Below are positions 1 to 10,052 of a stretch of 64,000 nucleotides of DNA, in pieces. Numbering within the stretch: position 1 is the stretch's first letter; every line of letters starts with the position of its first letter. This DNA is from Methanobacteriota archaeon (GTDB lineage: Archaea; Thermoplasmatota; Poseidoniia; Poseidoniales; Thalassarchaeaceae), in assembly GCA_014239955.1 (NCBI GenBank), contig JAAZXW010000019.1:53298-117297 (forward strand). Direction: 5' to 3'. Under the pieces are notes generated by a model. That model searched no databases and was not told where the DNA came from. It was given only the letters and a program-made list of their open reading frames with translations. The position numbers and the translations under genes were made by a program.

Positions 1-169
1 CAGCCGCCTTCCCACCAATGTTCCTCAAAGCGAAAAGAGCCCTCATTCTCTGGAACATCCTCTCGTTCTCATTGCATAGCGTCGTTCTAAGATTCTCTAT
101 GGACAAACCTTCGCTGGCAGGCGCTGGATCGACTGAACCAAACTCGCTGACATCGGGCTTTTCAGCCAT
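1..169 (-). CDS. 5' part (truncated by window edge) of a HEAT-repeat protein resembling deoxyhypusine hydroxylase (DOHH/Lia1)
   Basis: Manual translation from ATG at 169, which overlaps the mqnD TAA: MAEKPDVSEFGSVDPAPASEGLSIENLRTTLCNENERMFQRMRALFALRNIGGKAA. SVDPAP and RxRAxFxLRN-GG are DOHH signatures. Not in the ORF track. Confidence 0.75.
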   Translation of the reverse strand, partial: MAEKPDVSEFGSVDPAPASEGLSIENLRTTLCNENERMFQRMRALFALRNIGGKAA

Positions 170-1029
170 TACTCATCAGCTCCAATGAACTCCATGCCTC
201 TAGCATCGAAATCTCCTCTGACTAGGCCAACTTCCTTCCCCCTCTCAAGAAATAGCCTAACAGCCTCACGGCCTTCTTTGCCATAGTCTACCGTCCTGCC
301 ATTAACATACATTCTGACGAATTCCTCATTTGTGTTCTCATCGATGCCCCTTCCCCACTTTATTGCATCCTGCAGGGCCGCATCTGGGATTCTCAGCGAG
401 TATTCAATGCTCTTCCTAACGTCATTAGATATTGTCCTACACATTTCTTCGCCAAGGTCTCTCCGAACCACGTTTCCGCCAAGTGGAAGCGGGAGCCCTG
501 TTAGTTGGTTCCACCAGATTCCAAGATCAACCACCATGTGCGCTCCCTCATTGGCCCATGTCAATTGTCCTTCATGAATGATCACCCCTACATCGAACTC
601 TCCGCTGAGTACGCCCGATTGGATCTTATCGAAGGCCACCTCCTTGACTTCCACGTCCCCCAATGCAAGTACAAGAGCCAAGTAGGAACTCGTGCTTTTG
701 CCAGGTACAGCAATAACATGGTCCTTGGCCTCTTCAACTTCCATTTTCCTATTCGAGATCAATATGGGGCCGTACCCCTCTCCCATTGACGCTCCACAAT
801 TCATTAGTGCATAGTCTCCAGAAATTTTGGGATACGAGTGGATGCTTACTGCGGATACTTCGAAGTTTCCCTCCTGAGCGTCGTGGTTTAGGGTATCGAT
901 GTCTACCAGAAAGTGTTCATAGAATCTCCCCGGGGTTTCTATTATTCCTTGGGTAAGGGCATAGAACATGAAAGCGTCATCAGGGTCGGGTGAATGCCCG
1001 ATTCTAATTTTCGTTTCTCCATCGTTCAT
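169..1029 (-). CDS. mqnD: 1,4-dihydroxy-6-naphthoate synthase (futalosine menaquinone pathway)
   Basis: IGHSPDPDDAFMFYAL, GYGP, IIHEGQLT and PLPLGG motifs; start placed at MNDGE (1029). Confidence 0.9.
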   Translation of the reverse strand: MNDGETKIRIGHSPDPDDAFMFYALTQGIIETPGRFYEHFLVDIDTLNHDAQEGNFEVSAVSIHSYPKISGDYALMNCGASMGEGYGPILISNRKMEVEEAKDHVIAVPGKSTSSYLALVLALGDVEVKEVAFDKIQSGVLSGEFDVGVIIHEGQLTWANEGAHMVVDLGIWWNQLTGLPLPLGGNVVRRDLGEEMCRTISNDVRKSIEYSLRIPDAALQDAIKWGRGIDENTNEEFVRMYVNGRTVDYGKEGREAVRLFLERGKEVGLVRGDFDARGMEFIGADE

Positions 1030-1116
1030 GTTCAATCCGTGGTGGTTGAGTTGAAATGGGTTTTCGTCTGTGGCCCTCCGCGTAATAATGAAATGGTTTG
1101 TACTCAAGGGGAGAAC

Positions 1117-1311
1117 ATGCCCGACGCATCGAAGCTATCAACCGCTTCAGGTCAACTGGGTCCCATATGCGCCATAACCGGCAAGCCTCTCAAGTTCTCA
1201 GAGGCGATCGTCCTTGACGATGAGTACGTTTGCTGGGAAGCATACGTGGAAGTGACAGGGGCGGCTCCGTCAACCGAGGGGAAGGATGTCGGCGGACTAA
1301 AGCTAGGCTGA
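1117..1311 (+). CDS. 64-aa hypothetical protein, degenerate zinc-finger-like
   Basis: GGGGAG just upstream of ATG 1117; CAITG...VCWEAY pattern; fills the gap before priS. Confidence 0.6.
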   Translation: MPDASKLSTASGQLGPICAITGKPLKFSEAIVLDDEYVCWEAYVEVTGAAPSTEGKDVGGLKLG

Positions 1312-1347
1312 TTGAAAACTTATGGCCCTCGACCATGTATCTGGGCT

Positions 1348-2550
1348 ATGGCAGGGGGCTGGAGCAGGTTCGCACTGCGATTCTCTGAGTATTATGACTC
1401 GATTTCGGCACAATCCCACTGGACCCCTCCAAGGTTGAGGAACAGGGAGTGGATGTTCATTCCTTGGGGAGGGGCCCCTCCCGACCGGCACAGATCATTT
1501 CCCGATAAGAATGCCCTGCATTCATACCTCAGAAGTAGGGCTCCACACTCGTGCTTTCATAGCACTGCATACTACCAAGACCCATCCCATGGAAAGATGT
1601 CCGAGAAGGGTTGGCTTGGGGCCGATCTGATTTTCGATTTGGATGGGGATCACCTCCCGGGTGTATCCGATAACGACTTCCCTGCTATGATTGAGGTTAT
1701 CCAAGGCCAGGCATGGCGACTGTGGAACGAATTCCTGGAACCAGAATTTGGCTTCAATGCAAAGCACGCCCAATTTACATTTTCCGGGCACAGAGGTTTC
1801 CACATACATGTCAGGGATCCCAGTTTGATGCATCTGGATTCAAATGCTCGTAGGGAGATAGTCAACTACATCAGAGGGGAGGGTATTGACATTCAGTCAA
1901 CGATCTCCGATGACTCGGGGTGGGGGCACAGGGCCATGAATGGCATCGACTCAACCTTGGGGAAGTTGTCCAAGATCTCTAACGGTGGACGTGGAAAGGG
2001 TGCAATCCTCAACGAGTTGCATGGAATTCTTACGACTAGGTCGAAATCCCCCAGAGTCAACCTCAAGTCCACTTCAAAGGCCAGTATCGAGGAGCTCGCA
2101 ATGCTAGCAGACACAGAGGATAGGGTTAGCAGGATGAAGCAAGATCCAAGCCTTGCCGTGTTTGGCCCCAAATGCACTCCAATTTTCTGGGAGCTTGTGA
2201 AAGGCGACTCGTCTGTCGTGATCGGAACCGCTGGAGAAACCGATGAAGTTGTGACTGTAGATACAAAGAGAGTAATCAGGTGGGTCGGGAGTCTTCATGG
2301 AAAATCCGGACTCAGGGTTACCGAATTGCCTCTCGAGAGACTAGACCCGGATTCAAGCAATAGTTTCGATCCACTCACCGAGGCAGTAGTGTTTAACGGA
2401 GGCTCTTCGAGAGTGAGGATTCTGTCCGAGGACGTTACCGCTGAGATATCTGGGCAAAGGGTGGAGCCATCACTTGGGGACGAATTAGAAGTTCAGGAGT
2501 CAATGGCGATGTTTCTGTGCTTGAAAGGTTGGGCGGAACTCTGCAAATGA
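1348..2550 (+). CDS. priS: DNA primase catalytic (small) subunit
   Basis: GADLIFDLDGD, FSGHRGFHIH and DTKRVIRWVGSLHGKSGL AEP motifs; typical C-terminal domain. Confidence 0.95.
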   Translation: MAGGWSRFALRFSEYYDSISAQSHWTPPRLRNREWMFIPWGGAPPDRHRSFPDKNALHSYLRSRAPHSCFHSTAYYQDPSHGKMSEKGWLGADLIFDLDGDHLPGVSDNDFPAMIEVIQGQAWRLWNEFLEPEFGFNAKHAQFTFSGHRGFHIHVRDPSLMHLDSNARREIVNYIRGEGIDIQSTISDDSGWGHRAMNGIDSTLGKLSKISNGGRGKGAILNELHGILTTRSKSPRVNLKSTSKASIEELAMLADTEDRVSRMKQDPSLAVFGPKCTPIFWELVKGDSSVVIGTAGETDEVVTVDTKRVIRWVGSLHGKSGLRVTELPLERLDPDSSNSFDPLTEAVVFNGGSSRVRILSEDVTAEISGQRVEPSLGDELEVQESMAMFLCLKGWAELCK

Positions 2551-2609
2551 ACCCGATTCCCCCAAATCAGTGAGAAATTGATTCATCTCGATTACGAAGC
2601 CACAGAATA

Positions 2610-3620
2610 TTGAATAGTGGTGAACTACGGAATCGAGCCGTGGTTGACCCGTTGGACGACATGGATGCCGATTCAGAAGGGCCCCCTGACCCTCTCCCCC
2701 CGCCCCCTCCGGGCATCTCAATCCCAACCCCCGGTGCCGAACTACCTTTGCCGGTAATCCCGCCATTACCAAAGGATCCACCACGACCTCAGTTTGGCTT
2801 TATTCCGGAACCAGCAGCCGATGGGGACCTCTTGGACGCTGCAAATTCTCTTGGCTCTACACCTCCAAGTTTGGAAACCGAGAAACCATCAGATTTCAAA
2901 TCAGTATGGGATAGGAGAAAGTCCTCAAACCCCTCAATTTCCAGCGACACAAGAGATAGCATATACAACAGGATTGACAGGATCTCTACTGGTCGGGGTC
3001 ATTCTCTGATGGACAGGTACGCCGATCGTTTCGGATCCGATCTGGATAGGGAGATCATCGTCCTGAGGAAGAAGGATCAGCATGATTTAGCCTCAATTAA
3101 GCCGACAGTAGAGTTGATCTCCGATTCCGGCAATAACGAGATGTCGTTATCCGAATTCATCGAGGCAATGGATGATTCCGACTTCATCATCCGAGTAGCG
3201 GAGAAGACGGGCGTTTCAGTCGACAAGATTAACGAGTTAGATTTGGACTCAATGCACACATTCTTCGAGAGCGCCGACATAGACAACTCCGGCTCTCTTG
3301 ACTTCGACGAGTTCGTTAATGGGATCATACAGAGCTTCAGGAGTAATGACGAGGACTTTGCTCACTTCTTCACGGTGGTGAACGGCCTACTCGGGCAATT
3401 GCCCGATGACAAGACGGTCTCCTTCATCGAATCAGACGGATTCAAACTATTCGAGTCAGTCGGCAGTGACCCAAAGTCGTTCGATAGTGATTCAAGGGGG
3501 GAGTTCTTCACGATGGTTAATGAACTGCTTGTTGACCTGCCTGATGCAGTGATGAAGTCATTCACTGAATCGCAGGATTTCGATTTGTACAAGCTAATCG
3601 CAAGCAGGTATGGTGGTTGA
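2610..3620 (+). CDS. Acidic protein with polyproline N-terminus, EF-hand and duplicated C-terminal helical motif
   Basis: PPDPLPPPPPG; canonical EF-hand loop DIDNSGSLDFDEF; two FFTxVNxLLxxLPD..SFxESxxF repeats. Confidence 0.75.
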   Translation: MNSGELRNRAVVDPLDDMDADSEGPPDPLPPPPPGISIPTPGAELPLPVIPPLPKDPPRPQFGFIPEPAADGDLLDAANSLGSTPPSLETEKPSDFKSVWDRRKSSNPSISSDTRDSIYNRIDRISTGRGHSLMDRYADRFGSDLDREIIVLRKKDQHDLASIKPTVELISDSGNNEMSLSEFIEAMDDSDFIIRVAEKTGVSVDKINELDLDSMHTFFESADIDNSGSLDFDEFVNGIIQSFRSNDEDFAHFFTVVNGLLGQLPDDKTVSFIESDGFKLFESVGSDPKSFDSDSRGEFFTMVNELLVDLPDAVMKSFTESQDFDLYKLIASRYGG

Positions 3621-4442
3621 ATGGGTCTCTTAGAGAAGGCAGGCCAGATAAATTCGGGGGATACATCCGCTGTTTCCCCAGCAGAACCGGAGATCAAGGC
3701 CCAACCAGTAGCTGCCGAAACCGTGGCAGAGCCCGAACCAGTTCAAGTAAAGAAGAGGTCACGTAGGAAGAGGGCGACTAGAAAGAAGAGAGAGCCAAGG
3801 GAGAAGAGGGTCAGGGTAGCAAAGGTCCTCCCCGAGGGATACGAGGAAGCATCGAGGAGCCAGAGGGTAATTCGGAGAGGCTCCGATTTCGCTGTTTCTT
3901 ACGGCTGGACGGTCCCACTTTCCGTGTTAACAGCATGGGGTTCGTACTTTGATCCAACATATGTCTTCCTATTGGGCATCCTTCTGATGGGATTCAATCT
4001 CGGATTCATGCCTTACACAACGAATAGAACGGTAGGTAACTGGATTAGCAGAACTACTTTCATTACCTCTAAGTCTGGCACGCCCCACCAGTCCTACCTC
4101 TTCCTGAAGGGTCTGACTTTCCCAATGGTGATGCTGGGTATGATCATATTCCTTACCTCAACATCAGAGGGATTTGGCAGCAGGAAGGGCCAGATACTAC
4201 TAGGTTCTTCCCTAATATTCCTATTGCCCCCATTACTGGACTACCTGTTCTATCGTCTCAAGAGGGACGATCTCGGTCTTTGGGATACCCTGTATGGTGG
4301 GGTTTGGATGGTCAAGACATCTAAGTCGACTGAGTCGAAGGGCTGGTTGAAGAGGCTTGAGCAACTCGGTGATTACTCTGAATCTCAGGGTTGGTGGTCC
4401 GACAATGAGTCTAACGATGACTCTGGTTCCCCAGATGCCTGA
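3621..4442 (+). CDS. Membrane protein, RDD-family-like, with basic N-terminal region
   Basis: R-x4-D before the first TM helix, RTVG, GLWDTLYG; about 4 hydrophobic segments; abuts upstream gene. Confidence 0.6.
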   Translation: MGLLEKAGQINSGDTSAVSPAEPEIKAQPVAAETVAEPEPVQVKKRSRRKRATRKKREPREKRVRVAKVLPEGYEEASRSQRVIRRGSDFAVSYGWTVPLSVLTAWGSYFDPTYVFLLGILLMGFNLGFMPYTTNRTVGNWISRTTFITSKSGTPHQSYLFLKGLTFPMVMLGMIIFLTSTSEGFGSRKGQILLGSSLIFLLPPLLDYLFYRLKRDDLGLWDTLYGGVWMVKTSKSTESKGWLKRLEQLGDYSESQGWWSDNESNDDSGSPDA

Positions 4443-4454
4443 GACTCCCCAGTT

Positions 4455-5498
4455 CTATTCAGGCTCAGAATCGTATCTGATTTTTGCGAGCTCTCTCATG
4501 TCCTCGTGAAGAACGCCACCATCAATGGCCTCTTGATCGGACTCATCTACAATCTCCACACCAAGAAGGGTCTCAATTATGTCCTCCATGGTGACCAGCC
4601 CCGCAGTGCCTCCGAACTGATCCTTTGCAACCAATAATTGCTCCTTGTTCTCAAGGAGGATGTCGAGGGCCTTATCGACAGATGTGCCTATATCACATGT
4701 TACCAGTTCCCTGGATAGTTCGGACATCTTTGTATCGAAATGATCGTCCGCAGCCTTTCTGAGAATCTCACTTCTCAGTACTAGTCCAGTCATTTCGTCT
4801 ACGTTTTCCTGGTAAACAGGCAACCTTCCGTGAATCATTATTGGCAGCCTATCCATTACCTCCCTAACGGTCTCGGTTTCCTTGACTGATGTCATTACCA
4901 CTCTTGGAGTCATTATTTCGGTAACCTTCATCTCCCTGAGTTTCAAAAGATTCTGAATTACGGCCTCCTCGTCCTCCTCGATAACATCAGACTCCTCAGC
5001 GATATCTGCTAGTACCGAAAGCTCATTCCGAGTCACAGTTTCTGTCACGACGTGCGGGAAAGGGGCGCGCATAAGCTCGATAATACCCACAATTGGCCAT
5101 AGAACCCACATCAAGCCCCTGAGGACATGGTATGAGGAAACAGTCATCCTCCTCCAGTATAGGGCCCCTATGGTCTTTGGGAGAATCTCACTTAGCAAGA
5201 GTATTGCAATGGTCAAAATAGCTGCAGAACCGGCAACTACGTACTCCCCTTGGAAGTTGTTCTCAACCTCGGAACCAACTCCAAGCGCCCCTACGGTGTG
5301 CGCTATCGTGTTGAGAGTCAGAATTGCAGTAAGAGGCCTCTCGGGATCATCCTTCCATTTGGACCACGTGGCACTCACCTTCGCGTGTGTGTCCTTCAAG
5401 GCGACAATGTGCCCGTGTGAAGTGGAGAGCAGTACAGCCTCTAGAATACTGCAGAGAAATGAGGCACCCAACGCCAGTACGGCGTAGGAGATCATCAT
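4455..5498 (-). CDS. CNNM/CorB-type (DUF21 + CBS pair) Mg2+/Co2+ transport protein
   Basis: SFLCSILEAVLLS, ILTLNTIAHTVGA, SEILPKT, IMTPR, DQFGGTAGLVTMEDIIE. Confidence 0.9.
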   Translation of the reverse strand: MMISYAVLALGASFLCSILEAVLLSTSHGHIVALKDTHAKVSATWSKWKDDPERPLTAILTLNTIAHTVGALGVGSEVENNFQGEYVVAGSAAILTIAILLLSEILPKTIGALYWRRMTVSSYHVLRGLMWVLWPIVGIIELMRAPFPHVVTETVTRNELSVLADIAEESDVIEEDEEAVIQNLLKLREMKVTEIMTPRVVMTSVKETETVREVMDRLPIMIHGRLPVYQENVDEMTGLVLRSEILRKAADDHFDTKMSELSRELVTCDIGTSVDKALDILLENKEQLLVAKDQFGGTAGLVTMEDIIETLLGVEIVDESDQEAIDGGVLHEDMRELAKIRYDSEPE

Positions 5499-5644
5499 AG
5501 TGTAATCAGTCAATTCTGATGCCTCTAGGAACCTTCGAATCTCTTGAGAAACGTCCAGTTTGGATTTCCACAGCGTTTGGCTCCGGCCTGTTCCGGGCGA
5601 ACATGACATAAATATCTAACTTGACGGGTCGTTTGGGTTCAGAC

Positions 5645-7837
5645 ATGGAGTACGTCACTATTTTCATGGCTTGGCCATATGCCAACGGGCCTCTTCACCT
5701 AGGTCATGTGGCCGGAAATTGCCTTCCCGCAGATATCCAGTACAGATACGAACGTGCTCGTGGTCGACGAGTGCTGATGTGTAGCGGTTCAGATGAACAC
5801 GGCACTCCAATCACAATAACTGCAGAGGAGATGGGAATCAGTCCTCAGGATGTCGTCGACAAGTACCACGAAATCAATACGAAGGCATTAGCCGATCTAG
5901 GGTGTTCGTGGGTTAATCCAGTCGATTCCAGGGGGGTCGAGTTTGGAGGGGCACTGTATAATCGAACCTCTGACGCCTTGCACAAGGAAATAGTCCAGGA
6001 AGTTTTCACGGAGTTGCTAAATTCTGGCTTTCTCGAAAAGAAGTCCATGCAACAGTACTGTTCCGTCAACAAGGAAGGCAATGTCAGATTCCTCCCCGAT
6101 AGATACGTCGAAGGAAACTGCCCCTCTTGTTCGGCAGATGGCGCTAGAGGCGATCAATGCGACTCATGTGGCGCTACCTACGAGGCTCATGAATTGGTCG
6201 ACCCACGCTCAAAACTGGACCAAGAGTCAGAAATCGAGGTCAGGGACACCGAGCACTACTTCCTACGTCTAAATGACTTCCAGGATGCATTGGAGAAGCA
6301 TGCCTCGGAGAGGCAGAGGGTATGGAAGCCCAATGTGAGGGCCATGTCGAAGAACTGGCTCGAAATGGGTCTTCGCCCCCGTGCCGTTACCAGGGACATA
6401 GAATGGGGGATAACTATCCCTGTCGATGGTGACGAGTGGGATTCTAAGAGGGTCTACGTGTGGTTCGAAGCAGTGCAGGGTTACTACACCTGCGCTAGGA
6501 TATGGGCATCCCGATTTGCATCCAATGAAGGCCATCCTGACGGTGAAGACGCATGGAAGAGGTGGTGGAACGTCCCAGAATCCGGAGAATCACCAAAGCA
6601 CATCTATTTCATGGGCAAGGACAACATCCCTTTCCACACTATCATCTGGCCAGCAATTATCATGGGTCTGAATGCTTCTAATGCGTCAGAAATTTCACAT
6701 ATTCCGAATATCGGGGACCTAATTCTTGAGGACAATGTCTCTGCCAACGAATACCTGATGTTGCATGGGGGGCAGTTCAGCAAGAGCAGGAGACATGCTG
6801 TTTGGCTGCCATCTTACTTGGATCAGTATGACGCAGACTCACTTAGGTACTACCTTTCGATAAACATGCCAGAGACACATGACACTGATTTCAGATGGGA
6901 CGAGTACGTCGACAGGGTAAACAACGAACTGATTGGGACGTACGGAAACTTCGTCCACAGGGTAATGACGCTTTCACACAGATTGGATTCTGATAGCGGT
7001 AACCCTCTTTCGCACTATGATGGAATTTCCGATCAAAGCGAGACGATCCAAGAAGTGGAGAAGCAGATTTTTAGTGCCATAGAATCAATGGAGAAGCAGA
7101 GGTTCAAGGAGGCGCTAAGAAGCATTATGGGAATTGCCCAGATTGGGAACTCTCTACTTCAGGAAGCCGCCCCATGGAAGTACATCAATGAGGGTGAATC
7201 CGAGGAAAGGAGCGCCTCCATGTCCTCTCTTGCCCTATCATGGAGGATTTGCTCCTGCCTGGCTGTTTGCATGAGGCCATTCATCCCCTTCTCCTCTGAC
7301 AGACTCTGGCAGATGCTCGGAAACGAATCAGATATCGACAAAGTTCTTTGGGACGAATCGATGGACACGGAGTCAGAACTTTACTGGAACCCAGAAAAGC
7401 CAGAACCACTGTTCACCAGGCTGGACCTCGAGGAGATCCTGGAGCGCGAGAACTCCCTCGCAGACAGTAAGGACAATGACGAGTCACCCAGTCCCGATGA
7501 CGGGGGCGGTTACATCGACTTCGAAGACTTCATGAAAGTAGAGATGAGGACGGGGAAGATAGTGTCCGTCGAGGATCACCCCAACGCAGACAAGTTATTC
7601 GTGATCACCATCGACGAAGGATACGACTCAACCAGAACCGTATGCGCAGGATTGAAGGGCCATTACGAGGCATCGGAATTGGAGGGAATAGATGTCGTAT
7701 TCGTTGCCAATCTCGAGCCTAGGAAGCTCAGGGGTGTAATGTCCGAGGGAATGATCCTAGCTGCCGACGACGGTGAGGGTGGGGTTAAGGTACTAACGAC
7801 CGAGGGTGATATCCTATCCGGGTCAAGGGTCAGGTAA
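5645..7837 (+). CDS. metG: Methionyl-tRNA synthetase with C-terminal tRNA-binding OB domain
   Basis: AWPYANGPLHLGH, zinc knuckles CPSC/CDSC, GKDNIPFH, FSKS, NLEPRKLRG-SEGMIL. Confidence 0.97.
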   Translation: MEYVTIFMAWPYANGPLHLGHVAGNCLPADIQYRYERARGRRVLMCSGSDEHGTPITITAEEMGISPQDVVDKYHEINTKALADLGCSWVNPVDSRGVEFGGALYNRTSDALHKEIVQEVFTELLNSGFLEKKSMQQYCSVNKEGNVRFLPDRYVEGNCPSCSADGARGDQCDSCGATYEAHELVDPRSKLDQESEIEVRDTEHYFLRLNDFQDALEKHASERQRVWKPNVRAMSKNWLEMGLRPRAVTRDIEWGITIPVDGDEWDSKRVYVWFEAVQGYYTCARIWASRFASNEGHPDGEDAWKRWWNVPESGESPKHIYFMGKDNIPFHTIIWPAIIMGLNASNASEISHIPNIGDLILEDNVSANEYLMLHGGQFSKSRRHAVWLPSYLDQYDADSLRYYLSINMPETHDTDFRWDEYVDRVNNELIGTYGNFVHRVMTLSHRLDSDSGNPLSHYDGISDQSETIQEVEKQIFSAIESMEKQRFKEALRSIMGIAQIGNSLLQEAAPWKYINEGESEERSASMSSLALSWRICSCLAVCMRPFIPFSSDRLWQMLGNESDIDKVLWDESMDTESELYWNPEKPEPLFTRLDLEEILERENSLADSKDNDESPSPDDGGGYIDFEDFMKVEMRTGKIVSVEDHPNADKLFVITIDEGYDSTRTVCAGLKGHYEASELEGIDVVFVANLEPRKLRGVMSEGMILAADDGEGGVKVLTTEGDILSGSRVR

Positions 7838-7847
7838 TTGATGTCCA

Positions 7848-8357
7848 TCAATCCTTCGTCCATACTGAGTATGTCGATGGATGCTCATTGTGATTATCCT
7901 CGGAGGTTCGTTCGATGACCTCCTCGGACCATTTTGACCTGTCCCACTTCGGGAAAGCCACGTCCCCGCTACCACCAACATGGACCTTCGTAACATGTAT
8001 CTCGTCAACCCTTTCTAGGAACATCTCGTAAATCTGTGACCCCCCAATTACCCAGCACTCATCACTACCTTCGGAAAATGCTATTTCGATCGCTCTCCCA
8101 ACGTATAGTGCAGTCACAGCACCGTCAGCATTCCAGTTTGTGTCCCTGGACATCACTATGTTAGTCCTGTCTGGGAGCGGTGTGAAGTCAGCAGGCAATG
8201 AGTCCCACGTCTTCCTTCCCATTATTACAGAATTGAAGCCATCTCCCTCTGTAAGCCTCTTGAATCTGACCATGTCACTCCTAAGGCGCCATGGAAGCTT
8301 GCCTGAGCTGCCTATGTTGCCATCCTCGTCCATTGCGACAATCATGGCCATCTTCAT
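7848..8357 (-). CDS. folA: Dihydrofolate reductase
   Basis: LPWRLRSDM, VIMGRKTWDSL, PLPDRTNIV, VIGGSQIY. Confidence 0.95.
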   Translation of the reverse strand: MKMAMIVAMDEDGNIGSSGKLPWRLRSDMVRFKRLTEGDGFNSVIMGRKTWDSLPADFTPLPDRTNIVMSRDTNWNADGAVTALYVGRAIEIAFSEGSDECWVIGGSQIYEMFLERVDEIHVTKVHVGGSGDVAFPKWDRSKWSEEVIERTSEDNHNEHPSTYSVWTKD

Positions 8358-8364
8358 GGTATCA

Positions 8365-9159
8365 CTATATGGAAATCGGTGCTGATATGTGAGGGTGGTG
8401 GTCATAGTCTTCGATAGAGATATGTTTGAATCTAAAATCATCAATTCTGGAAATTGATTGGTCAAGTCGCAACTTAGGAAGATCTAGCGGGTCTCTTTCA
8501 ATTTGCTTTTTGGCCTGCTCAATGTGATTGAGATAGAGATGACAATCGCCCCCGGTCCAAACGAACTCTCCAGGTTGCAGACCGCAAACCTGGGCAATCA
8601 TGCAAGTAAGGAGGCTATACGATGAGATGTTGAATGGCACTCCGAGGAACGCATCCGCACTCCTCTGGTAGAGGTTGCAAGACAGTTTTCCCTCGTTTAC
8701 ATAGAACTGGAAAAAGGCATGACACGGCATCAGAGCCATCTCCTCCAATTCCCCGACATTCCATGCAGAGACGATAATCCTCCGACTGCTAGGATTATTC
8801 TTAATCAGATCAATCGCACCCTCCACTTGATCGATTACTCTCCCATCATTGGATTCCCAGAACCTCCATTGTTTGCCGTATACCGGCCCAAGATCCCCAT
8901 TCTCGTCCGCCCACTCATTCCAGATTCTAACTTTGTTCTCCTTGAGATATCTGATGTTTGTTTCACCAGACAGGAACCAAAGCAACTCATGGATCACACT
9001 CGGCCAGTGGACCTTCTTCGTAGTAACAGCAGGAAATCCACTTGATAGGTCGAATCTCATTTGATGGCCAAACACAGAAATTGTTCCTGTCCCAGTCCTA
9101 TCTCCTTTGGCCGCTCCTTCATCGAGAATGCGCCTAAGTAAATCCAGATACTGCTCCAT
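8365..9159 (-). CDS. thyA: Thymidylate synthase, bacterial type
   Basis: [45 protein letters not shown]. Confidence 0.97.
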   Translation of the reverse strand: MEQYLDLLRRILDEGAAKGDRTGTGTISVFGHQMRFDLSSGFPAVTTKKVHWPSVIHELLWFLSGETNIRYLKENKVRIWNEWADENGDLGPVYGKQWRFWESNDGRVIDQVEGAIDLIKNNPSSRRIIVSAWNVGELEEMALMPCHAFFQFYVNEGKLSCNLYQRSADAFLGVPFNISSYSLLTCMIAQVCGLQPGEFVWTGGDCHLYLNHIEQAKKQIERDPLDLPKLRLDQSISRIDDFRFKHISIEDYDHHPHISAPISI

Positions 9160-9200
9160 TACTTTCACGGGTGTGAGTAGGTAGTCCATCAAGAATGCGC

Positions 9201-9977
9201 TCAAGGAGCACCCCGAATTCTCAGAGTCTCGATAAACTGGTCTGCGAATTTCCTGTACATCACCCTCATAGATGCCTGTTGCTCTTCTATCGTTTGGGCC
9301 ATCAGTTCGTCTACCCATTCGTCGTCGATACCGCCTCCTTGGGCACTCTCAGCCCACTGTGCGAAAGTAATGGGGTCATCCACAATCAGCTCAATTCTCT
9401 TCCATGGCTTGGGAAATTTACTTCCAGGTGGCATGAAATCTCTTGCTCCTATTGACATTGTTATGGGAACTACTGGGACTTGTGGAAATCTTGCTGCTAG
9501 CCTAGCGAAACCGGTCTTTGCGGACTGAAGCAACGGGGGTGACCCCCTCCTCGACCTAGTCCCCTCGGGAAATATCCCCAGACAACGCCCGCTATCAATA
9601 ACATCGACTGCTCTCGCCAAAGCATCTCGGCCACCATCTTCTCTGAACGTCTCAATCTGCCCGGTCGATAGCATGACAAATCGATTCGGCTGCTTTTCGA
9701 AATGCCCTTCTTTGGCCATGAAATGGATGGGCCTCTGCGAAGCGAGGATCTTGACGAATGGATCTAGATTGCCAAGGTGATTTCCGCAGAATATAGCTGC
9801 ACCACCAGTTGGCACTTTATGAGCTCCCCTGATGTGCACATTAGTAACGCTTCTAAGCAGTGAGGGGACGTACTTCTCCAGGAATCTGTATATCAGCGGA
9901 GTAGAGAATCGCTCACCTGTGCCTTCGAGTCCGACAGATGAGGAAATCTTCTGGAGCGACTCATTGGATAGTCCCAT
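9201..9977 (-). CDS. plsC: 1-acyl-sn-glycerol-3-phosphate acyltransferase family
   Basis: NHLGNLD (HX4D), [18 protein letters not shown]. Confidence 0.85.
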   Translation of the reverse strand: MGLSNESLQKISSSVGLEGTGERFSTPLIYRFLEKYVPSLLRSVTNVHIRGAHKVPTGGAAIFCGNHLGNLDPFVKILASQRPIHFMAKEGHFEKQPNRFVMLSTGQIETFREDGGRDALARAVDVIDSGRCLGIFPEGTRSRRGSPPLLQSAKTGFARLAARFPQVPVVPITMSIGARDFMPPGSKFPKPWKRIELIVDDPITFAQWAESAQGGGIDDEWVDELMAQTIEEQQASMRVMYRKFADQFIETLRIRGAP

Positions 9978-10052
9978 GCGCCTCGCGCGTAGTTCACAGT
10001 TTCATACTTTACAGTTGAATACGTTGAATAATCAAAGCAATCAGAGTAGTCC

